Positions 57,690 through 64,000 of a stretch of 64,000 bases of DNA are shown here, piece by piece. Source of the DNA: an uncultured Chloroflexia bacterium (GTDB lineage Bacteria; Chloroflexota; Limnocylindria; Limnocylindrales; CSP1-4). Both the position numbers and the translations under genes were made by a program. The stretch's first letter is position 1; each line of letters opens with the position of its first letter. The stretch lies in the NCBI GenBank assembly GCA_963819655.1, contig CAWFXA010000002.1:608001-672000 (forward strand), in the 5' to 3' direction. The notes beneath the pieces were generated by a model. The model searched no databases and was not told where the DNA came from. It saw only the letters and a list, made by a program, of their open reading frames with translations.

Positions 57690-58568
57690 ATGCGCGTTCG
57701 AAAAGCCGTTTTCCCCGCCGCGGGCTGGGGCACCCGCTTCCTGCCCGCCACCAAGGCACAGCCCAAAGAGATGCTGCCGTTGGTGGACAAGCCGATCATC
57801 CAGTACGCGGTGGAAGAGGCTGTCGCCGCGGGCATCGAGCAGGTCATCATCGTCACGTCGAGTCAGAAACGCGCCATCGAAGACCACTTCGACCTGTCGT
57901 ACGAGCTCGAGCACCTGCTCGAGGAGAAGGGCGACATCGAGATGCTCCGCCAGGTGCGGCACATCAGCGACCTGGCGCAGGTGGCGTACGTCCGCCAGAA
58001 GGAGCAGCTCGGCCTCGGGCACGCCGTTCTCATGGCCAAGGACCTCATCGGGCACGAGCCGTTCGCCGTGCTCCTGCCCGACGACGTGGTCGTCGGCGAC
58101 CGGCCGTGCATCGGCCAGCTCATCCATGCCTACCAGCAGACCCATGGGTCGGTGGTGGCGGTCATGGAGGTCCCGCACGAGGAGACCAGTCGCTACGGGA
58201 TCATCGCCGCCGAGCGGTCTACGGATCCCCTAGATCACGGGCGACTGCATCGCGTCACGCGCCTCGTCGAGAAGCCGAAGCCATCCGAGGCGCCGTCGAA
58301 CCTGGCCATCATCGGACGCTATGTGCTCACCCCGAAGATCTTCGACAAGCTCGAGCAGACCCAGCGCGGCGCGGGCGGCGAGATCCAGCTGACCGACGCG
58401 ATCGGCGCGATGATGGAAGAGCAGGGCGTCTGGGCTTACGAGTTCGAAGGCACGCGCTACGACGCCGGGACCACGATGGGTTGGCTGAAGGCATCGGTCG
58501 AGCTCGCTCTGCAGCGCCCCGAGCTCGCCACAGAGTTCCGGACTTATCTGGCAGGTCTCCAGCTCTGA
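57690..58568 (+). CDS. galU: UTP--glucose-1-phosphate uridylyltransferase
   Basis: KAVFPAAG.GTRFLPATKAQPKEMLP, LGLGHAV, VEKP, GEIQLTDA. Confidence 0.97.
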   Translation: MRVRKAVFPAAGWGTRFLPATKAQPKEMLPLVDKPIIQYAVEEAVAAGIEQVIIVTSSQKRAIEDHFDLSYELEHLLEEKGDIEMLRQVRHISDLAQVAYVRQKEQLGLGHAVLMAKDLIGHEPFAVLLPDDVVVGDRPCIGQLIHAYQQTHGSVVAVMEVPHEETSRYGIIAAERSTDPLDHGRLHRVTRLVEKPKPSEAPSNLAIIGRYVLTPKIFDKLEQTQRGAGGEIQLTDAIGAMMEEQGVWAYEFEGTRYDAGTTMGWLKASVELALQRPELATEFRTYLAGLQL

Positions 58569-58706
58569 ACCGTTCCGGGGCGGTGACCCCGGGATCACGT
58601 CTCGGCGGCCGCTGACCGGACGCCGAACGGAGGGGCATGGGATACCATGCTCGCCGGAGCGCGTCGCGGACGTCGGCGGCGCGCCGAACCATGTCGAGGG
58701 GCACGT

Positions 58707-60377
58707 TTGGCGGAGATCGGAACGATCCTGGGAGGCCGATACCGGCTCGTGGAGCTGCTCGGCCAGGGCGGCATGGCGACGATCTACCGGGCGGTCGACA
58801 CCCAGCTCGGCCGTGACGTTGCCGTCAAGCTGCTCCGCCCGGAGTACCTGCGCGATCCCGATTTCTCCTCACGTTTCCGGCAGGAGGCACAGAACGCCGC
58901 GTCGCTGAACCACCCAAACGTGGTCAGCGTCTACGACTACGGTGAGGACCCGTCGGGGCCGTACATCGTCATGGAGCTGGTCGACGGCGAGGACCTCGCC
59001 ACGATCCTGCGGCGGACAGGCTCGTTGCCGCCGTCCCAGGCCGCCCGGATCGCCGGGGCCGTGGCACGCGCCCTGGCCGCAGCCCACGCACGCGGCATCG
59101 TCCATCGCGATGTGAAGCCCGGCAACGTGCTGATCGGTCGGGACGGGCGGGTCAAGGTCGTCGACTTCGGCATCGCCCGAGCCGTGGCCGAGGCCCAGAT
59201 GACGCTCCCGGGCACCACGCTTGGGTCGGTCCACTACTTCAGCCCGGAGCAGGCCCGCGGCGAGACCGCGACGAACGAATCCGACATCTACGCCCTCGGC
59301 ATCGTCCTGTACGAGATGCTTACCGGTACGCGGCCGTGGGAAGGCGACACGGCCGCCGCCGTCGCGCTCGCCCGCCTCAGCGGAACGACGCCGGACCCGG
59401 CCCTCGTCAGGCCGTCGATCCCGCCGGATGTGGCGGCGATCACGCGCAAGGCCCTCGCGCCGCTGCCGATGGACCGCTTCGCCTCGGCCGCATCGATGGC
59501 CGACGCTCTCGAGACATCGCGGACCGTGGCAGGCGGCGCGGCCGCGGGAGCCGCCGCGATCGCGGGGGCCGGAGTGGCTGCCTCGGCCGGGGTCGCCCGA
59601 TCCAATCCGACCGTCACCGCCTACCCGGCTGACGCCTATGCCGGTGCCACCGACGCGCCGGTCCGCCAACCGACGAGCAAGCCGACCCGGAAGCAGCTGG
59701 AGGACGACGACGAGGCCGAAGGCCCAAGCCCTCTCGTCTGGCTGGCCGGGATCGCCGCCATCGCGCTGCTCGCCGCGATCGCGTTCATCGTGTTCCAGCT
59801 CCTGTCCGGTCCGAACCAGCCCACGGCGCCCGAGCAGGTCGCCGTCCCCGAGTTCGTCGGGAAGCTGCTCGCCGACGCGACCGGGGAGGCCGATGCCGTC
59901 GGGCTGAGGCTCGAGGTGACCGAGCAGCCGAGCGACCAGCCGGTCGGCACAATCATCGCCCAGGACCGGCCGGCCGGCACCCTTGTCGCGGCCGGCTCCA
60001 CCGTGCGCGTGGCCGTCGCGTCGGGCCTCGAACAGGTGCCGATGCCGGACCTGCGCAACAAGACCGAGGCCCAGGCGGTCCAGGAGATCGTGACGGCCGG
60101 CCTCCAACCGGGTCTCAAGACCGAGGCATTCGACCCGGTCGTCGCGGTCGGCCTCGTCGTGACGCAGGTCCCAGCTCCAGGCGTTGTCGTTGCGAAGGGC
60201 AGCGCCGTCGACTACGTCATCTCGAAGGGGCCTGAACCGACGCCCAGCCCGACGCCGAGTCCCACGCCGAGCCCGACGCCGACGCCGACACCGACGCCGA
60301 CGCCGACGCCCACACCGACACCAACGCCCACACCGACACCAACGCCGACGCCGACCCCCACGCCGACGCCATCCTGA
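58707..60377 (+). CDS. pknB: PASTA-domain Ser/Thr protein kinase with C-terminal PT tail
   Basis: LGQGGMA, VAVK, HRDVKPGN, DFGIA, SPEQ; TM helix; two PASTA domains; TTG start. Confidence 0.9.
   Translation: MAEIGTILGGRYRLVELLGQGGMATIYRAVDTQLGRDVAVKLLRPEYLRDPDFSSRFRQEAQNAASLNHPNVVSVYDYGEDPSGPYIVMELVDGEDLATILRRTGSLPPSQAARIAGAVARALAAAHARGIVHRDVKPGNVLIGRDGRVKVVDFGIARAVAEAQMTLPGTTLGSVHYFSPEQARGETATNESDIYALGIVLYEMLTGTRPWEGDTAAAVALARLSGTTPDPALVRPSIPPDVAAITRKALAPLPMDRFASAASMADALETSRTVAGGAAAGAAAIAGAGVAASAGVARSNPTVTAYPADAYAGATDAPVRQPTSKPTRKQLEDDDEAEGPSPLVWLAGIAAIALLAAIAFIVFQLLSGPNQPTAPEQVAVPEFVGKLLADATGEADAVGLRLEVTEQPSDQPVGTIIAQDRPAGTLVAAGSTVRVAVASGLEQVPMPDLRNKTEAQAVQEIVTAGLQPGLKTEAFDPVVAVGLVVTQVPAPGVVVAKGSAVDYVISKGPEPTPSPTPSPTPSPTPTPTPTPTPTPTPTPTPTPTPTPTPTPTPTPS
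60237..60374 (+). repeat. 6-bp coding repeat (PT/PS)n
   Basis: ccgacg-type units at the kinase C-terminus. Confidence 0.85.
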
Positions 60378-60803
60378 TCAGCGGTCGGGTTCGCCCCACA
60401 GGTTCCAGCCAGGCTCGTTCCGGACCGGCTCGGCCGGCGCGGTCAGAGCCCCGGCCGCCGATGGTGCCGGCCTCTCGCCGCTGACCGCCAGGCCCGTCGC
60501 CGTATCCACCTCGACGAACGCGAGCGGCCGTCGCCGCTCGTCGATGGCAGGCGCCGGGGCGGTCGTGAGCGAAGGTGTCGAGCCCTGCGCTGCGCCGGCC
60601 GGCCAGCCCTCCCAGCATCCGCGGATCTCATCACCGCTCAGGGGTTGGCGACGCGAATCAAGGCCACAGTAGCCGAGCTGTCCGGCGACCGACCGCCGGT
60701 AGTGCCGGCACGTCGCGCACGAGGTGGAGGACCGCCGACAGACCCAGCACCGTGCCGTCTCGGTCTGGGGGGTCCCGCAATGCGGACACCGCCACATCGG
60801 CAT
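60378..60803 (-). CDS. Cys-rich zinc-ribbon-like protein
   Basis: CPHC, CWVC, CATC, C, C; TACCAT 7 nt upstream. Confidence 0.75.
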   Translation of the reverse strand: MPMWRCPHCGTPQTETARCWVCRRSSTSCATCRHYRRSVAGQLGYCGLDSRRQPLSGDEIRGCWEGWPAGAAQGSTPSLTTAPAPAIDERRRPLAFVEVDTATGLAVSGERPAPSAAGALTAPAEPVRNEPGWNLWGEPDR

Positions 60804-60851
60804 GGCGCGGATGGTAGCTGCGAGTCCGGGCCGTGTCGAGCCCGCGCAGCT

Positions 60852-62051
60852 CTACTTCTTGATGTTGATGACGGTCTCGTCCGTCGCCCGGCCGAATTCC
60901 GTCGTCCGCACGAGCACGCCCGCGGTTCCCCCGCCGCGATCGGCGCTCTTCGGGATCCGTGTCGAGAAGGACGCCTGGCCGTTCGCGTCCGTCACGGCGT
61001 CGCCGGTCACGGTCTTGACGCCCGGCACGCTCAGCGTGAATGTCACGCGCGCGCCCGCCAGCGGGCGACCGTCCGGGTCGTCGACGAGGACGACCAGGCG
61101 GATCTGGGTCGGCAGGCTCTTCTGGCTGATCGAGTAGGCGGACGCGCTGAGCGACGCGCGCAGCTGGCCGGACCCGCGCCGGACGGTCAGCGCCAGCGCC
61201 TTCGTGTTCCCCGCCGGGTCCGTCGCGGTGAGGCGGATCGGGTTGGACCCGCTGGTGAGCGGCAGGCTCAGCGAGAACGTCCCGTCACCTGCGGCCGTCC
61301 CGCCGATCGATTCGCCCGTCTTCGTGTTCCGCGCGTTGACCGTCGACCGGCCCTGCGTGCGACCTTCGAGCGTGACGGCCTTGCGATTGACCAGCGCGCC
61401 GTCCTTCGGGGAGGTGAGGCGGATGGCCGGTGGATCCGTGTCGAGCACCCACCGGGCGAGCGGCGATGACTCGGATTCGCCGCCCGGACCCACCAGCGTG
61501 ACCGAGAAGTCGTTGATGCCGTCCGTCAGCGTCACCGGGATGATCATCTGCGCCGTCGGGGCCAGCGGCTTCTCATCGATCGGCGTCGGCGCCTGGTCCT
61601 TGAGCGCGAGGTAGACCCGCACGAGATAGTCGGGGTTCCCGGCGATGCGCGAGGGGACCGTCACCGTCAGGTCGGCCTGGGCGTGGTTGGTGTACGGCTC
61701 GGTGGGGGACTCGATGGTCGGCGCTTCGGGGGCCGTCGGTGCGAGGACCGATGGGACCGGGGTCGCCGTCACCCCCTGCACGAAGTTCGTGATCGTGCCG
61801 CCGAGGGCCCCCGCGACGACGCTGAGCCCGCCTGCGCCGACGTACAGGACGAGGACGGCCACGGCGAGCACGCCCGCGCCGAGGGCCAGTCGTCCGATGA
61901 GCGGGATCCCGCGGCTGCGACGGATCGGCGCGTGCACGGACAGGCGGCTCTGCGATGGGGCTCGGGGCCGGGCCTTGACGGGGGTCGGACGCCCGCCGGA
62001 CGGGGGACGGGGTCGAACGTGGTTTGGGCGCGTGCCGCGCCGAGTCGCCAT
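60852..62051 (-). CDS. membrane-anchored Ig-like domain protein
   Basis: Basic N-terminus, TM helix, DTDPPAIRLTSPKDG, GSNPIRLTATDPAGN, TDANGQA. Confidence 0.8.
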   Translation of the reverse strand: MATRRGTRPNHVRPRPPSGGRPTPVKARPRAPSQSRLSVHAPIRRSRGIPLIGRLALGAGVLAVAVLVLYVGAGGLSVVAGALGGTITNFVQGVTATPVPSVLAPTAPEAPTIESPTEPYTNHAQADLTVTVPSRIAGNPDYLVRVYLALKDQAPTPIDEKPLAPTAQMIIPVTLTDGINDFSVTLVGPGGESESSPLARWVLDTDPPAIRLTSPKDGALVNRKAVTLEGRTQGRSTVNARNTKTGESIGGTAAGDGTFSLSLPLTSGSNPIRLTATDPAGNTKALALTVRRGSGQLRASLSASAYSISQKSLPTQIRLVVLVDDPDGRPLAGARVTFTLSVPGVKTVTGDAVTDANGQASFSTRIPKSADRGGGTAGVLVRTTEFGRATDETVINIKK

Positions 62052-62204
62052 CGCGGGCGATTGTCGCATGCCATCGCCAGTCGGCCCGCGAGGAGGCGGC
62101 ACGCGTCGCAGCGCCTGCGAATATCGGAGCGGCACGGTGCGTTGTACTCTGGCGCGGTCGCGTGTGCTGAACGACGCGGCGCGCCCCGCAGCATGGGAGG
62201 ACGC

Positions 62205-62660
62205 GTGCAGGCCCGCGATCCACGCACCGGACGACCGCTTACGGACCCAGGTCCCGGCCAGCCGGGCCGGACCGGCTCGGGGTCCGGTCGTCCCGCGAAG
62301 GGACCGACGGCCGCAGGTCGTCCGGCCTTCGGCCTCGGGCCGATCGCGCGCGTCACGCCGTCGCCGCTCGCCGCTCGCCCCGCGAGCGCGGCCACGATGC
62401 CGATGGGCGTGCGGCCTGGCTTCGGCCTCCCGAACCTGCGACGGAACGTCTGTCCGCACTTCTACATGACGGGTTCCCGCGGGGCGATCCCCATCCAGGC
62501 GCCACATCTGCTCAAGGCGCTGATCCGACAGGACACGAACGTCTCGCGCTGCCAGCTCCGTGGCGGGGTCCACCTCGACCAGGGCTATGTCAACGACGTG
62601 TGCCTGACCCCCCGCTTCAATCAGTGCGTCTTCTACGAGGACGAGCTGACTCGCGAGTGA
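62205..62660 (+). CDS. hypothetical protein with four-Cys C-terminal domain
   Basis: GGAGG before GTG; CPHF...RCQL...VCL....NQCVFY; stop overlaps folC start. Confidence 0.65.
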   Translation: MQARDPRTGRPLTDPGPGQPGRTGSGSGRPAKGPTAAGRPAFGLGPIARVTPSPLAARPASAATMPMGVRPGFGLPNLRRNVCPHFYMTGSRGAIPIQAPHLLKALIRQDTNVSRCQLRGGVHLDQGYVNDVCLTPRFNQCVFYEDELTRE

Positions 62661-63994
62661 CGGCCAGCTCGCCCGCCACCGACTACCAGGCCGCGCTCGA
62701 TGCGCTCGCGGCGCGCGGCAGGTTCGGGATCCGGCTCGGTCTCGGGCGCACGCGGGCGCTGCTGGCGGAGCTCGGCGATCCGCAGCTCGCGGTCCGTGGC
62801 GCGCTCGTCGCGGGGACCAACGGCAAGGGCAGCGTCCTCGCCCTGGCCGGGAGCGCGTTGCGGGCGGCCGGTCTGCGGGTCGGCGAGACCCCCAAGCCGC
62901 ATCTCGTCTCCTACCGCGAACGGGTGACCATCGACGGCCGGCCGATCTCGGCGACCGATCTCACGCGGCACGTGCAGGCGGTGCTGGCGGTCGCGGACCG
63001 TGTTGCGCGACGTCACGGTGAACCGACGGAGTTCGAGCTGTTGACCGCGGTCGTCTTCCGCCATTTCGCCGAGGCTTCGCTCGACGTCGCGCTGGTCGAG
63101 GTCGGTCTCGGCGGCCGCCTCGACGCGACGCATGCCTGGGACGGCGGCGTCGCGGTCGTGACCAACGTCGCGCTGGACCACACCGACCGGCTCGGGACGA
63201 CGATCGCGGCGATCGCCCGCGAGAAGGCCGCGATCATCGAGCGCGGGGACAGGGCCGTGACCGGTGCCGACGGCGAGGCACTCGCCATCGTCCGCCGGCG
63301 GGCACGCAGGATGGGCGTCCCGCTCACCGAGGTCCGGCCGGCGCCCCTGCTCGGCTGGGATCGCGACGGCCTGACCGTCGAGCTGGCGCGGCTCGGGGAG
63401 GTGCGGGTCGGTCTGCGGGGCCGGCACCAGGCCGCGAACGTCGCCGTCGCCGATGCGCTGCTGGACACATTGGCCGACGCCGGGATCGCACAGGCCGACG
63501 CCGCGAGCAGGCGTGCCGGGTATGCGAACGCGATGTGGCCCGGTCGCCTCGAGCTCCTGACCGTGGATGGCGACGAGATCCTGCTCGACGGGGCGCACAA
63601 CCCGGCGGGCGCCGCCGCCCTCGCCCAGGCCCTCGACGACCTGCGTCCGTACCTCGCGCCCGGTCGACTGACGCTGGTCATGGCGTCGATGGCCGACAAG
63701 GACGTCGACGGGATCATCGACGCGATGAGCGCGGCGACCGCCCTGCAGGACGCGACCGTGATCGCGACGACGGTCGACGCGGCGCGCGCCATGCCGGCCG
63801 AGGCTCTGGCGGCGCGGTGGGTCGCGCGGCCGGCGCCGGCGCAGGTGATCGCCGAACCCGACCCGCTCGTGGCGCTCGAGCGTGCGCGCCGGCAGCCCGG
63901 GCCGACGGTCGTGGCCGGGTCGCTCTATCTTGTCGGGGCCGTCCGGTCGCACCTCGTCGACGACCCAGACCTCCGGGATCCGCCCCAGCCATGA
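62657..63994 (+). CDS. folC: folylpolyglutamate synthase / dihydrofolate synthase
   Basis: AGTNGKGS, PHL..YRER, EVGLGGRLDAT, WPGRLE, LDGAHN, GSLYLVG. Confidence 0.96.
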   Translation: MTASSPATDYQAALDALAARGRFGIRLGLGRTRALLAELGDPQLAVRGALVAGTNGKGSVLALAGSALRAAGLRVGETPKPHLVSYRERVTIDGRPISATDLTRHVQAVLAVADRVARRHGEPTEFELLTAVVFRHFAEASLDVALVEVGLGGRLDATHAWDGGVAVVTNVALDHTDRLGTTIAAIAREKAAIIERGDRAVTGADGEALAIVRRRARRMGVPLTEVRPAPLLGWDRDGLTVELARLGEVRVGLRGRHQAANVAVADALLDTLADAGIAQADAASRRAGYANAMWPGRLELLTVDGDEILLDGAHNPAGAAALAQALDDLRPYLAPGRLTLVMASMADKDVDGIIDAMSAATALQDATVIATTVDAARAMPAEALAARWVARPAPAQVIAEPDPLVALERARRQPGPTVVAGSLYLVGAVRSHLVDDPDLRDPPQP

Positions 63995-64000
63995 CCACCG

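Noticed and set aside
243-63952. Many long antisense or alternate-frame ORFs (e.g. 2128-3537, 11686-13209, 13488-15521, 41154-42782, 62633-63952)
   Set aside because: Shadow ORFs of high-GC genes; they overlap well-supported CDSs and lack motifs

Overview
Very GC-rich bacterial chromosomal window. Gene content (Gram-positive-type LexA boxes, PASTA kinase, sortase-like anchors, CxxC-x17-CxxC protein) suggests a monoderm, probably Chloroflexota such as Limnocylindria; this taxonomy is inference only. It is mostly core genome: dnaB, lexA, rplI, dinB, fchA-folD-fhs, hutH/U/I with ftcD, argS, tdh-kbl, an ECF sigma/anti-sigma pair, a sugar ABC ATPase with a GH13 enzyme, tRNA-Glu, galU, pknB and folC. 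An accessory tract of co-oriented genes follows tRNA-Glu. The strongest leads are: (1) a diverged ~62-bp copy of the tRNA-Glu 3' end plus flank 4.16 kb downstream, marking an integrase-less islet or tandem islets; (2) a small gene after dinB under two LexA boxes with a structured leader; (3) a candidate anti-SD sRNA; (4) two surface proteins sharing an LPxT[D/S] anchor and a fixed-spacing upstream motif; (5) tandem J-domain fusion proteins; (6) a GNAT with four NPF repeats; (7) pervasive leaderless promoters. Three frameshifts may be assembly indels. All family calls are from motif recognition by eye; no database search was run.
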